A stretch of 64,000 bases of DNA from Candidatus Bipolaricaulota bacterium (GTDB lineage Bacteria; Bipolaricaulota; Bipolaricaulia; M55B111). Numbering within the stretch: the stretch's first letter is position 1; the number at the start of each line of letters is the position of its first letter. Both the position numbers and the translations under genes were made by a program. The stretch is taken from NCBI GenBank assembly GCA_021735245.1, contig JAIPHJ010000001.1, positions 20,837 through 84,836 on the forward strand. The letters are read 5' to 3'. Below are positions 50,946 through 61,135 of this stretch, piece by piece. A model generated the notes under the pieces. The model saw nothing but the letters and a program-made list of their open reading frames with translations, had not been told where the DNA came from and did not search any database.

Positions 50946-51215
50946 CTACTCGTCAAACTTTTTCCCCTTAACCCTGTCAGCGTTATCCGTAACCCATTCA
51001 ATATTGTCCAGGGTGTCGGAGAGCTTCCGGTCTATCTCCGCCCGTTCCGGCAGATCTCCTACTCTTAACTCCTCGATACCTTCTTCGACTGAATTTAACT
51101 TCGCGAGGGCTTTGTCGACTTCCCCCTGTTTGAAAAGCTCCAGTGACTCCTGAAGGTCTTCAATTAACCGGTTTACTTCTTCGACCAGGGTAAGGCCCTC
51201 CACTAATTTGTCCAT
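50946..51215 (-). CDS. Hypothetical acidic coiled-coil protein directly downstream of the sigma factor
   Basis: 89 aa, starting 10 nt after the sigma-factor stop. Confidence 0.4.
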   Translation of the reverse strand: MDKLVEGLTLVEEVNRLIEDLQESLELFKQGEVDKALAKLNSVEEGIEELRVGDLPERAEIDRKLSDTLDNIEWVTDNADRVKGKKFDE

Positions 51216-51224
51216 TATTCCTCC

Positions 51225-52058
51225 CTACTCGCCATCCCCGCCTTCTTCTTTTTCTTCGGAATCCGTCTTTAGGCGTGACTCCAGCTCGTCCAAGACCCGG
51301 TACTTTATCCGGGAAACCTGACGTTGAGAAGTGCCAATCTCTTCGCCTATTTCCTCCTGGGTCTGATCCTCGTAAAATATTCCTTTTACAACCTGCTGCT
51401 GTACCTCTGTCAGCTTTTCTATGGCGTCGGCGATCCTTATTTTGAATTCGAGCGGGAGGTTTTCCTCGTGCTTGCTCTTGATCTTTTCGTAATCTATGTA
51501 CTCCGGCCTCGGGTCGGATTCCCTTCGCTCTCGGTCAATAGACACGTAGGTCATCGAATCTCGAGCTTTTAAGACCTCTTTGACTCCTTCTTCTTCTATG
51601 TTTAGCTCTTCGGCTAGCTCCTTAATAGTGGGGTAGTCTCCTGTTTTTTGATATATTCTCTCCTGGGCCTTCTTGACCTTCTTATTCAACCTTTTTATCC
51701 ACTGAGGTATATGAACGGAGGGTTGATTATCCCTCACCTGATGCCTGATTTCTCCTTTGATAAGGTGGGTGGCGTACGTTGAAAACTTGGTCCCCCTGTT
51801 CAAATCATAATTTTCAACGGCGTTTAATAAACCTATATATCCAGCCTGCCGGAGGTCTTCGAAATCTAGGCCCGAATGGGTAAAATCGCCCGCAATGGAC
51901 TTTACCAGAGGAATATTCTGTTCGATTAACCTATCCTTCAATTCGTTGATTCGATTTTTTAGTTTTTCTCGCCTGCCGGCTTCAGCCCCAACCTTTTTCT
52001 CCTCCAGCTCCTGAATTTCTTCGAGCATGTCTTCGTTGGATCTCTCTGAATCTTTCAT
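51225..52058 (-). CDS. RNA polymerase sigma factor, group 3 (FliA/WhiG/SigB-like)
   Basis: Region 2: GYIGLLNAVENYD...FSTYA. VHIPQWIKRL in region 3. Region 4 helix-turn-helix: QEEIGEEIGTSQRQVSRI. Confidence 0.8.
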   Translation of the reverse strand: MKDSERSNEDMLEEIQELEEKKVGAEAGRREKLKNRINELKDRLIEQNIPLVKSIAGDFTHSGLDFEDLRQAGYIGLLNAVENYDLNRGTKFSTYATHLIKGEIRHQVRDNQPSVHIPQWIKRLNKKVKKAQERIYQKTGDYPTIKELAEELNIEEEGVKEVLKARDSMTYVSIDRERRESDPRPEYIDYEKIKSKHEENLPLEFKIRIADAIEKLTEVQQQVVKGIFYEDQTQEEIGEEIGTSQRQVSRIKYRVLDELESRLKTDSEEKEEGGDGE

Positions 52059-52114
52059 AGGGTCTCTCCCTACCTTTCTGGGAACTTTTTCTCAGTTACC
52101 GCAGATAAGATATT

Positions 52115-53506
52115 CTACTTGCCCACACAGAAATCCGAAAAGACTCGATCAAGAACCTCATCCGTTAGATCTTCACCCAGCAATTTCCCAAGGTCTTTTC
52201 GCCCTTCTCTGATATCTAGTTCAACCAGGTCTATCGACCTTCCGCTTCTAAGTGCCTCCCGGGCGTCAGCGAGACTTTTTTTTGCCCGCTTGAGTAACTC
52301 TTTCTCCTGAACGTTCAGGAGGACGAGACTTTCGTCCTTCCTGACCTCCCCACCCCAGACGAGCTCCGTGATGGAACTTTCAAGGTTTTTTAGTCCCTGA
52401 CCTTCCTTTGCCGAAAGCTTTACCAAATCAGCCCAACCGGAACCCATTTTAGCGGTGATCTCCCGGTTGGACAAGTTATCAACCAAATCTATCTTGTTCA
52501 AAACAAGAATGGTTTTCCCCTTATCTACCTCTTCCGCTATATTGAGATCCTCGGGTTTGACCCCGCTATTTACGTCGACCAATAACAGGGATATATCGGA
52601 CTTCCGTCCCTGCTCCTTCGCCCTCCTGACCCCCTGCTTTTCTATTTCTCCTTCAGTCTGTCTAATCCCGGCCGTATCGGTTACCCGAAATGGTATTCCG
52701 TCGATTTCCAGTTCTTCCTCCAGTGTATCCCTGGTGGTGCCGGGTGTTGAGCTGACAATAGCTCTCTCCTCACGAAGCAGCGTGTTTAACAGAGTCGACT
52801 TGCCCACGTTGGGGCGACCGAGTACCGCTATTTTGTGGCCTTCTTTAAGGATTTTTCCATCCTTGCTATTCGCCAGATAGTCCTGTATCCTCCCTTCCAG
52901 TTCGGACAGCTTTTCCTCCAGCTCTTCTCTGGTGACGATCGACTCTTCGTAATCGGGAAAATCTATCGTCGTCTCTATTTCTGCCATAATAGCCGTCAAT
53001 TCTTCCCTGAGCGAACTCAGAAAGTCCGAGAACTTGCCCTCGAGCCTATCCAGAGAAAGCTCCAGCGAAAACCGGGTCTTGGAGTCGACGATATCTTTTA
53101 CGGACTTTGCCTGATCCAGCGTCAGTCGACCGTTCAGAAAGGCGCGTTTTGTAAATTCACCCGGCTCGGCCGGCCTGGCTCCCGCGTCGAGAGCCAGTTC
53201 AAGTGTCTCCCGTAAGGGAACGACGCCACCGTGACAGTTGATTTCAGCTACGTCTTCTCTGGTATAAGTTCGGGGGGCCTTCATAACGGAAACCAGGACC
53301 TCGTCTATCTCCTTTTTCTCACGGGGATCCTGGACGTAGCCGTAATGAAGGGTGTGAGACTCGACCTCGGTCAGGTCAATACCGTCAGGGGAGGTGAACA
53401 ATTTTCCCGCAATACCCAGCGCTTCCGGCCCTGATAGCCTCACAATTCCGATGCCACTTCTGCCCAGGGGAGTGGAAATAGCCGCAATCGTTTCTTCTTC
53501 CTTCAT
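52115..53506 (-). CDS. mnmE: tRNA modification GTPase MnmE
   Basis: G domain GRPNVGKST. C-terminal CxGK motif (FCVGK). Confidence 0.9.
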   Translation of the reverse strand: MKEEETIAAISTPLGRSGIGIVRLSGPEALGIAGKLFTSPDGIDLTEVESHTLHYGYVQDPREKKEIDEVLVSVMKAPRTYTREDVAEINCHGGVVPLRETLELALDAGARPAEPGEFTKRAFLNGRLTLDQAKSVKDIVDSKTRFSLELSLDRLEGKFSDFLSSLREELTAIMAEIETTIDFPDYEESIVTREELEEKLSELEGRIQDYLANSKDGKILKEGHKIAVLGRPNVGKSTLLNTLLREERAIVSSTPGTTRDTLEEELEIDGIPFRVTDTAGIRQTEGEIEKQGVRRAKEQGRKSDISLLLVDVNSGVKPEDLNIAEEVDKGKTILVLNKIDLVDNLSNREITAKMGSGWADLVKLSAKEGQGLKNLESSITELVWGGEVRKDESLVLLNVQEKELLKRAKKSLADAREALRSGRSIDLVELDIREGRKDLGKLLGEDLTDEVLDRVFSDFCVGK

Positions 53507-53970
53507 TCCTCTTTTGGTTTAATTATTACCCGTCGATCGTCACCCTCCCCTACGCTATACGTCTCGACGTTTTCGGAGTCGCTCAGGGCCAGATGAATCC
53601 ACTTTCTTTCTACCGGGGGCATGGGGTTAAGCCTAACCTTCCTTCCCTTCGATCTCGCCCTTTCTGCTGCATCCAGGGCGAAACGCTCCAGGTTTTTCCT
53701 CCGGGAGAGCTTTACGCCGTTTATATCTACCTGGACGTCCTTGTCCAGATCGTACTGTCGTTCCAGAAGCACCTTAACAAGCACGGAGAAAGACTTTGCC
53801 AGCTTCTCCCTTTCCTCGGAAAAGAAATCAGACTCTCCCTGGACGTTCACATAGAGTTCGTCGGGTGACTTTATCTCTACCTGCAGGTCGGGATTTTCCC
53901 CGATTAGATCGAAAAACCCTTCGAGATAAGAAGCTACTTCCCGCTCTACTTTAGCCTCTTTTTGTGTCAT
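53503..53970 (-). CDS. jag: Jag-family KH/R3H RNA-binding protein
   Basis: 155 aa in the conserved yidC-jag-mnmE order. Confidence 0.75.
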   Translation of the reverse strand: MTQKEAKVEREVASYLEGFFDLIGENPDLQVEIKSPDELYVNVQGESDFFSEEREKLAKSFSVLVKVLLERQYDLDKDVQVDINGVKLSRRKNLERFALDAAERARSKGRKVRLNPMPPVERKWIHLALSDSENVETYSVGEGDDRRVIIKPKEE

Positions 53971-55556
53971 GTTTCCTGAGGCTGGCTCTCATCCTCCGCT
54001 TCTCCCTTTTCCATTTCCCAGTTAATGAATGCCTGCTGACCGATCATGAATATCTGGGTAAGGAAGTAATACAGCCAGAGGCCGGCGGGGAAATTCCTGA
54101 GAAAGATACCCATGAATAACGGAAAACCAAAGGTCATAAGCTTGTTCTGGCTTCCGCCCCCACCCGGCGTTTGCATCATCTGCTGCTGGACGATCATCGT
54201 CCCCACAGTGAGCACCACGAGGATGTAATAAGGGTCGTGCATACTAAGGTCGTTGATCCAGAGGAACCCGGGAGAAACGTGAATAGCTTCCGCACTGTAC
54301 ATTATGGCTCGCCAGAGGAGGATTAATATGGGTAACTGGATAAACATTGGCAAACAACCACCCATGGGGTTTACCTCCTCCTCTTTGTATAGCGCCATCA
54401 TCTCCTTCTGTTGCTCCTCCCGGTCATCGTATTCGTCCTGTATTTCCTGTATCCTCGGCTGTAACTCCTGCATTTTTGCCATGGAGCGATACATATTACG
54501 CATCAGCGGATAAAGCAAAGCCCGAATTAAGATCGTAAACAGAATAATAGCCCAGCCGTAATTACCTGTGAGGTTGTACAACTGATTGAGGAAACCAATT
54601 ACCGGCACCAGCAGCTGACTAAAGAATCCTATATCGTCGATACTTCCGAGGCCGACGTTCGACAGAAGTACGTGCCTGCGCCTGCCCCCATAAAGGGAAA
54701 ACTGAAACTCTCTCGACTCACCGCCAGCCAGTTCCTTTCCTGTAAGGTTAACCCCTATATTTCCTCCGGCTACGTAAGGGGTCACGCCTGTATCCTTATT
54801 GCTTTCCCGTTCCGTGTAGGGCAAACCCGTCTTTAGAAATAGGACCAGGTTCTCGCCTATCAAGCCAACTCCTCCGAAACTGCCATAAGATCCCTCGGCC
54901 AGCTTGCCGTTGCTGACTTCGCCGTCGAAGATGTACTTGGTGGTCGGGTCCGTGAGGTAATCCAGGTCCCCGTCCCCTTCGGATTTGGCCCGAGAACCAA
55001 GGTATAACCTGGCTTCCTCACCTAGATCAACTGCCTCTCCCGACTCGTTGGTTATGGCCAGCGAGAGCCCCAAAGTGTAGTTGGAATCGTTGTAGACGGT
55101 AAAAGTCTTCTCAATTTTTAGACCGTCCGTGTTGCCGGTAAAAGTTATCCGAAGTTCGTCGTAATGGGTGCCGTCGGGAATATCTACCTCATAAGGTAAG
55201 TCCCGGTCCGACTCCCCTTTAATACTCAATTCACCAGGAAACCTTATATCGTCCAGATAAGACCTCTTCAGGGACTCCGGATCGGTCGTCGTTCCCGGGA
55301 CTATCTCGGCTTTACTAGTTCTAAATGAGGAAAAATGAATAAATATACTTTTAAGCTCTCCCCCTTTTTCGGCGAAGAGATAATCTGCTATTGAAGTTCG
55401 AACTCGAATAGTTCCTTTCTCCCGGTTACGGGTTACCTCAATGGGCTGCTTGTATTCCGAAGCTCCCGCTCCAGTAATTCCAACCAGGATAAGTAACGTT
55501 ATTACCGAAAAAAGGATCCCGGTTAAAAGTTTCTTATTCTTTAAAGACTTAAATGG
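53967..55556 (-). CDS. yidC: Membrane protein insertase YidC
   Basis: Conserved C-terminal TM core (CLPMFIQLPILILLW). Start set to the TTG preceded by GGAGGA. No rpmH, rnpA or yidD lies upstream. Confidence 0.9.
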   Translation of the reverse strand, partial: PFKSLKNKKLLTGILFSVITLLILVGITGAGASEYKQPIEVTRNREKGTIRVRTSIADYLFAEKGGELKSIFIHFSSFRTSKAEIVPGTTTDPESLKRSYLDDIRFPGELSIKGESDRDLPYEVDIPDGTHYDELRITFTGNTDGLKIEKTFTVYNDSNYTLGLSLAITNESGEAVDLGEEARLYLGSRAKSEGDGDLDYLTDPTTKYIFDGEVSNGKLAEGSYGSFGGVGLIGENLVLFLKTGLPYTERESNKDTGVTPYVAGGNIGVNLTGKELAGGESREFQFSLYGGRRRHVLLSNVGLGSIDDIGFFSQLLVPVIGFLNQLYNLTGNYGWAIILFTILIRALLYPLMRNMYRSMAKMQELQPRIQEIQDEYDDREEQQKEMMALYKEEEVNPMGGCLPMFIQLPILILLWRAIMYSAEAIHVSPGFLWINDLSMHDPYYILVVLTVGTMIVQQQMMQTPGGGGSQNKLMTFGFPLFMGIFLRNFPAGLWLYYFLTQIFMIGQQAFINWEMEKGEAEDESQPQET

Positions 55557-56043
55557 CAATATAGTTCCTCCTCGGATTTTCAATGGTTAGTTCAGGCCCG
55601 TAATAAGGGACTTGCACAATGTCCTCAGGTATTAATCAAAAAAGAAACTCTATTCAGCACTCAAATAGAAAACTTATCAAACTTATCCAGATATACCAGA
55701 ACAATCTCGCTTTCAACTTTAGAATTCGATCATCGCAGTTCCGGTCCAGAACCAATTTGAGCGCCGGGCCGGAAAGGAAACCAGCCGATTCATCCCCGCA
55801 GGAGACTGCGCTGCTTTATCGGTTAATTTCCCGATAATGCCGAGTGATTTTAACTAAAGAACCGTGTTATTTCAATTTACAGAGTTAACGTTACTCTCTT
55901 TCGGAGCTCCCGTAACGGGCTCCCGGGCTTAAACTGGTTGAATGACAGTCCGCACTTCGAGTACACTAAGTTGGACGCAGGGATAGAAAACGAGGTCGAT
56001 TTTTCTTGTTATCACCTAAGGGTCTTCACCCCCAGTACTCATA

Positions 56044-56655
56044 ATGTTCACTGGCGCCGTGGAAGATATCGGGGATTTAGTTAAGAGCTCTGGAAGCAGG
56101 TTCACCTTCTCAGTGCCGGAGAGATTTCTGGGGACTATGGAAATTGGCGGCAGCATAAGTATCAACGGAGCCTGCCTTACAGCAGTCAATCTAGAGAATA
56201 AAAGAGGGCGTCTTTCCGTTGACGTATCGCCTGAAACCAGAAGTAAGACAAATATCGGGAACCTAAAACCCGGTGATAAAGTAAACCTGGAACTCCCACT
56301 GGGTACAGGTGAATTTTCGGACAAGTTAGACGGACACCTGGTTCAGGGTCACGTAGATACCCTGGGAAAGATCGGTAAAATCAAGAAGAAGCGAAACAAC
56401 TACTTGTACAGAATATCTACGCCCCGGAAGTTCTCCAGTTATCTGGTAGACAAAGGAGCAGTAGCGCTAGACGGCATCAGCCTTACTCCTTATCGGGTAA
56501 CGGGGGGAGCTTTTACCGTAAGTGTAATTCCTCATACTTACGAAAATACGACCCTGCAATTCAAGCGTAGCGGCTCGGAAGTGAATGTAGAATTTGACAT
56601 ACTGGCAAAATACATTAGAAACAACGTGAATAAAACCAATCTTTACAGGGAATGA
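56044..56655 (+). CDS. ribE: Riboflavin synthase (alpha chain)
   Basis: MFTGAVEDIG. Two lumazine-binding repeats. Confidence 0.85.
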   Translation: MFTGAVEDIGDLVKSSGSRFTFSVPERFLGTMEIGGSISINGACLTAVNLENKRGRLSVDVSPETRSKTNIGNLKPGDKVNLELPLGTGEFSDKLDGHLVQGHVDTLGKIGKIKKKRNNYLYRISTPRKFSSYLVDKGAVALDGISLTPYRVTGGAFTVSVIPHTYENTTLQFKRSGSEVNVEFDILAKYIRNNVNKTNLYRE

Positions 56656-56670
56656 GTTAGGAGTGAAAAG

Positions 56671-57891
56671 ATGAGTCTCGATCCGATAGAAGACGCAATA
56701 GAAGCGATAGAAGCGGGTGAAATTATAATCGTCGTCGACGACGAGGAGCGGGAGAACGAAGGAGACTTCATTATGGCGTCGGAAAAGGCCCGACCCGAAG
56801 ACATCAACTTTATGACCAAAGAAGGACGCGGGCTGGTATGCACCCCTATGGAAGGGGACAGGTTAGCCGAACTGGACCTCGATTCAATGGTTGGTGACAA
56901 CACCTCACATCACGGCACGCAGTTTACCGTTTCCGTAGACGCCAGGGAAGGTATCTCGACAGGAATATCCGCATACGACCGGGCCAGGACAATTTCGATC
57001 CTGGTGGACGAGGACAAAGGACCGGAAGACCTGGTTAGGCCGGGACACATCTTTCCCCTTCAGGCCGAACAGGGTGGAGTACTGCATCGAGCAGGCCATA
57101 CAGAAGCAGCGGTAGATCTCGCTAAACTGGCGGACCTATACCCCGCAGCCGTCCTCTGCGAAATAATGGACGAAGACGGTTCCATGGCACGGTTTCCGAC
57201 TCTAAAGGATATTGCCGACGAACACGGGTTGAAGATCGTATCCATCGAGGACTTAATAGAATACAGAAAGAAAAACGAAAAACTGGTAACGCGGACGGGA
57301 TCGGCAAGATTGCCGACGAAATACGGGGACTTCAAGATACACAGTTACGAGGATCAGGTCAACAACGACGAGCACGTCGCTCTCGTAAAGGGAGAAGTAG
57401 AAGGGAAAGAGAACGTGCTGGTCAGAGTACATTCCGAGTGCCTGACGGGCGACGTATTCGGGTCAAAGCGGTGCGATTGCGGCGACCAGCTGCACAAAGC
57501 CTTAACAACGATAGCCGAAACTGGAGAAGGCGTACTGGTATACATGAGACAGGAAGGCCGCGGGATAGGATTAAGCAATAAAGTATGTGCCTACGAACTC
57601 CAGGATCAAGGAATGGATACAGTAGAGGCAAACGAGGAGCTAGGTTTTTCAGCCGACCTCAGGGATTACGGATTTGGCGCACAGATTCTTTCCGACCTGG
57701 GGCTAAGCTCAATTCGCCTGCTTACCAATAACCCTCGTAAAGTAGTGGGGCTGGAAGGATACGGCCTTCATATTTCCGAGACTGTGCCCATAGAAATCGA
57801 GCCAAACGAGCACAACAAGGACTACCTTCAAACCAAAGTAGAAAAGCTGGGCCACAATTTGTCCGAATTCGAAGAAAAACCAAATTCTTGA
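56671..57891 (+). CDS. ribBA: Bifunctional DHBP synthase / GTP cyclohydrolase II
   Basis: RENEGD motif in the N-terminal domain. Cys motif CxxGDxxxSxRCDCG in the C-terminal domain. Confidence 0.9.
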   Translation: MSLDPIEDAIEAIEAGEIIIVVDDEERENEGDFIMASEKARPEDINFMTKEGRGLVCTPMEGDRLAELDLDSMVGDNTSHHGTQFTVSVDAREGISTGISAYDRARTISILVDEDKGPEDLVRPGHIFPLQAEQGGVLHRAGHTEAAVDLAKLADLYPAAVLCEIMDEDGSMARFPTLKDIADEHGLKIVSIEDLIEYRKKNEKLVTRTGSARLPTKYGDFKIHSYEDQVNNDEHVALVKGEVEGKENVLVRVHSECLTGDVFGSKRCDCGDQLHKALTTIAETGEGVLVYMRQEGRGIGLSNKVCAYELQDQGMDTVEANEELGFSADLRDYGFGAQILSDLGLSSIRLLTNNPRKVVGLEGYGLHISETVPIEIEPNEHNKDYLQTKVEKLGHNLSEFEEKPNS

Positions 57892-57909
57892 TCACAATGG
57901 GAGGTAACA

Positions 57910-58386
57910 GTGACTAACAACTTAGAAGGTGAACTGGACGGATCCGGGTTAAAAATCGGGATCGTCATTAGCAGATTCAATAGCCTGGTAACCGAGAAAC
58001 TTCTCTCCGGAGCCAGAGACAAGCTCACGAGACTGGGAACTGGCTGGGATAACGTCACGGTGGCCTACGTGCCCGGCTCGTTCGAACTCCCCAGGGCGGT
58101 AGGAAAGATGGGGGAAACCGGAGATTACGACGGAATAGTAGCTCTGGGTGCGATAATTAGGGGTGAAACCCCTCATTTCAATTACGTAGCGAACGAGACC
58201 TCGAAGGGCCTCGCACAGTTAAATCTGGAAGGAGATACACCAGTCACCTTTGGCTTAATTACCGCGGATACGCTCGACCAGGCACTAGATCGAGCCGGGG
58301 CCAAACAGGGGAACAAAGGTAACGAAGCGGCAGAAGCGCTGATAGAAATGATAAACCTGGAAAGCAAAATGGCCGAGAGGAGCTAA
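57910..58386 (+). CDS. ribH: 6,7-dimethyl-8-ribityllumazine synthase
   Basis: 158 aa. Confidence 0.9.
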   Translation: MTNNLEGELDGSGLKIGIVISRFNSLVTEKLLSGARDKLTRLGTGWDNVTVAYVPGSFELPRAVGKMGETGDYDGIVALGAIIRGETPHFNYVANETSKGLAQLNLEGDTPVTFGLITADTLDQALDRAGAKQGNKGNEAAEALIEMINLESKMAERS

Positions 58387-59657
58387 TGAAGTACTACGCC
58401 CCGAAAGGTCTCTACGACATTAAACCCGAGGATATACCTTACTGGCACGCGGTGGAACGGGAAGTAAGGTCCACCATGCCTCTCTACGGGTACGAGGAAA
58501 TAAGGACGCCAATCATGGAAAAGACCGAGGTATTCGCCAGGGGAGTCGGTGAAGATACGGACGTCGTTTCGAAGGAAATGTACACCTTCGAGGATAAAGG
58601 TGGAAGATCAATGACTCTCCGGCCCGAGAATACGGCCTCAGCCGTAAGAGCCTACCTCGAACACAAGTTTTACGGCAAGGAGGAGTTATCAAAGTGGTAC
58701 TACCTGGGACCGATGTTCCGCTACGAGGCACCTCAAAAGGGCCGGTCCCGGCAATTCCACCAGTACGGCGCCGAGGCAATAGGTTCGGACGATCCCGCCC
58801 TGGATGCAGAAATGATAGGTCTCGCTGCAGATCTTTTGAAGTCTCTGGGGCTCGAAGACGTAGGTCTGACTCTGAATAGCATCGGCTGCCCGGAGGATAG
58901 GGTCAAATACGTAGATAAGCTGGTTGAATACTTGAAGCCGGAAAAGGACCGACTATGTGACAACTGCCGGGCGAGATTGGACACCAACCCTCTCAGAATT
59001 CTCGACTGCAAAGAAGACTCCTGTCAGGAGGTCGTCGAGGACGGACCCGAAATAACTGAGTACTTATGCTCGGAATGTCAGGACCATTTCGACGACGTAA
59101 GGGGATATCTGAAGCAACTCGACCTGGAATACGACCTAGACCCCAAACTGGTCCGGGGGCTGGATTACTACACTAAAACGGTGTTCGAGGTTTTTTCCAG
59201 TGACCTTGGAGCCCAGGACGCTCTGGTTGGTGGAGGTCGATACGACGGTCTGGTTGAATTATTTGGGGGAGATCCCACTCCGGCAGTCGGATTCGCGGGT
59301 GGGATAGAAAGGCTTGTCCTCCTGCTCGAAGAACTGGAACGGACAGATATGGAAAGAAGCGGACTGGACGTATACCTCGCAACTCTGGACGAGGAGACCA
59401 AGAAAACGGGCTTGGAGCTTGTCCAGGAACTCAGGGAAGCAGGCCTGAAGGCAGAGATCGACTACCTTGACAAAAGCCTCCAGGGTCAGCTGGGCTACGC
59501 GGACAGGTACGGGGCCGAGATAACGGGAATCCTGGGGCCCAGAGAGCTTTCAGATAACGAAATAACGTTGAGAGACATGGAGACGGGTGATCAAGCCACG
59601 GTTCCCCTGAACGAATTTAGGTCGGAAGTCAAGAACCACCTGGATTCCAGCAGGTAA
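58386..59657 (+). CDS. hisS: Histidine--tRNA ligase
   Basis: Class II aaRS motifs with a HisS anticodon-binding C-terminus. Confidence 0.9.
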   Translation: MKYYAPKGLYDIKPEDIPYWHAVEREVRSTMPLYGYEEIRTPIMEKTEVFARGVGEDTDVVSKEMYTFEDKGGRSMTLRPENTASAVRAYLEHKFYGKEELSKWYYLGPMFRYEAPQKGRSRQFHQYGAEAIGSDDPALDAEMIGLAADLLKSLGLEDVGLTLNSIGCPEDRVKYVDKLVEYLKPEKDRLCDNCRARLDTNPLRILDCKEDSCQEVVEDGPEITEYLCSECQDHFDDVRGYLKQLDLEYDLDPKLVRGLDYYTKTVFEVFSSDLGAQDALVGGGRYDGLVELFGGDPTPAVGFAGGIERLVLLLEELERTDMERSGLDVYLATLDEETKKTGLELVQELREAGLKAEIDYLDKSLQGQLGYADRYGAEITGILGPRELSDNEITLRDMETGDQATVPLNEFRSEVKNHLDSSR

Positions 59658-59691
59658 AGCAGGACGAATTAATCCTTACCCAAGGAGAGGA

Positions 59692-60480
59692 ATGACGATG
59701 AAAAACGAGTTAAAATCGATTGATTCCTGCTCGGTACCGGCCCTTGGGCTGGGAACGTGGAAGCTGAAAGGTAAAGAGTGCGAAGAAACTGTTAGAAAAG
59801 CCATTGATATAGGCTATCGCCACATAGATACGGCAATATTTTACGACAACGAAGAAGAGGTCGGAAATGCCATCGCCGATCACCGGCGAGACGAACTATT
59901 CCTAACCACAAAGGTCTGGAAGGACAAGCTCCACTACAGGGACTTCAAACGCTCGGCGGAAGGAAGTCTAAAAAGACTGGGTACCGGTTATATCGATCTA
60001 CTGTTGATACACTGGCCCAACCCGGATATCCCGCTGGAAGAAACTATTAAAGCGATGGACGAACTTGTAAAAGAAGGGAAGGTCCGCCATATAGGCGTAA
60101 GTAATTTTGACGAATCGCAGCTGCGGGAAGCCCTGAATTTATCGGATCATCCTATAGTGACAAACCAGGTAAAGTATCACCTGGGAGCCGATAGGACGCC
60201 GATGCTTAACTACTGTCGGGAAAACGGAATCTTCCTCACCGCGTACAGCCCGCTCGGTAGAGGGAAGGTACTCGAGTCGGAAGAGTTAACCGAGATCGCG
60301 GCCAGGTACGGAAAAACTCCCGGACAGATCGCGCTCAAATGGTTGATAAGACAGGATAACGTACTGGCCATTCCTAAAGCAAGCTCTGCGGATCATTTGA
60401 GGGAGAATATAAGCCTGTTCGACTGGGATCTAGAAAAGAAAGACGTCGAGAAGTTAGATCGGATCGAAATCGCATCTTAG
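59692..60480 (+). CDS. Aldo/keto reductase (2,5-diketo-D-gluconate reductase-like)
   Basis: GLGTWK, IHWP and the AKR catalytic tetrad context. Confidence 0.8.
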   Translation: MTMKNELKSIDSCSVPALGLGTWKLKGKECEETVRKAIDIGYRHIDTAIFYDNEEEVGNAIADHRRDELFLTTKVWKDKLHYRDFKRSAEGSLKRLGTGYIDLLLIHWPNPDIPLEETIKAMDELVKEGKVRHIGVSNFDESQLREALNLSDHPIVTNQVKYHLGADRTPMLNYCRENGIFLTAYSPLGRGKVLESEELTEIAARYGKTPGQIALKWLIRQDNVLAIPKASSADHLRENISLFDWDLEKKDVEKLDRIEIAS

Positions 60481-60771
60481 ATAGACTGAGGTACCACCGA
60501 AACCCTGATTCGGGACTTGATTGAAACGAGATTTTCTCCCTATAGTTATATCGAATCGGGAAAACTTCCCGGGAATGGACGCCGAGCAGCTCCAGTACAT
60601 TATCAGGAGTGGGGTAAGAAGTTTCGTCCGAGATCCCGCCTTGATTTGACCTCAGCAGAAATTATCAGAAAGGTTTATACAGAAATTCCGAAGACGTAGA
60701 TTTTTTGGACGGATTAGGCAAAAGATGGACTATTCTTCCCATACCATAAAACAACCCAAGGGGTGATTTTG

Positions 60772-61044
60772 ATGGTAGAACTACCTTCTTCCAGTGACGA
60801 GTTAGGCGCCGAGTTCGAGTACGATCAGAACGTAACCAAACAGGACCTGATTTCCTTTCTCGAAGAGCTCCTCGGCCAGCTCAAGAATGACGATGCGGTA
60901 ACTGTATCCATGGTCGGAACGGAGGCAACGTTCCCGTTCGAGGAACCTATAAATCTGGAGATCGAAACGGATTACAATAAGAAACTTGGTAAACGAGAAC
61001 TCGAAATCGAGATAGAATTCAGGGAAGACGAGACTAGAACCTAG
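60772..61044 (+). CDS. Small highly acidic hypothetical protein
   Basis: 90 aa from the ATG preceded by AAGGGG. No family recognised. Confidence 0.35.
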   Translation: MVELPSSSDELGAEFEYDQNVTKQDLISFLEELLGQLKNDDAVTVSMVGTEATFPFEEPINLEIETDYNKKLGKRELEIEIEFREDETRT

Positions 61045-61135
61045 CCAAGGGTCAGGTCTCCTGAATCCTTAAAAGACAAGGAAAGGTCCGGTGTCAATCC
61101 TCTGTTAGGAATCCTCGTTAAAATTTTGGCAGGCA

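Noticed and set aside
55740-55800. SRP-RNA-like string GCCGGGCCGGAAAGGAAACCAGCC...GCAGG
   Set aside because: It resembles the 4.5S domain IV CCGGAAGGAAGCAGCC, but it has insertions in the invariant GGAAGCAGC and no convincing long hairpin could be folded by eye.
55619-55837. 72-aa plus-strand ORF in the yidC/ribE intergenic region
   Set aside because: It has a low-complexity Ser/Arg-rich translation and no ribosome-binding site, so it looks like a frame artefact.
55850-56043. Possible FMN riboswitch upstream of ribE
   Set aside because: Only weak fragments (TGACAGTCCG, TGGACGCAGGGATAGAA) resemble the RFN 3' core. The 5' conserved blocks (AGGGTGAAATTCCC, CCGGCGGT) are absent, so the call cannot be supported without a covariance-model search.
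60517-60699. 60-aa TTG-start ORF between the aldo/keto reductase and the acidic small protein
   Set aside because: It has a weak start, no Shine-Dalgarno sequence, no homology and an arbitrary composition, so it is probably non-coding.
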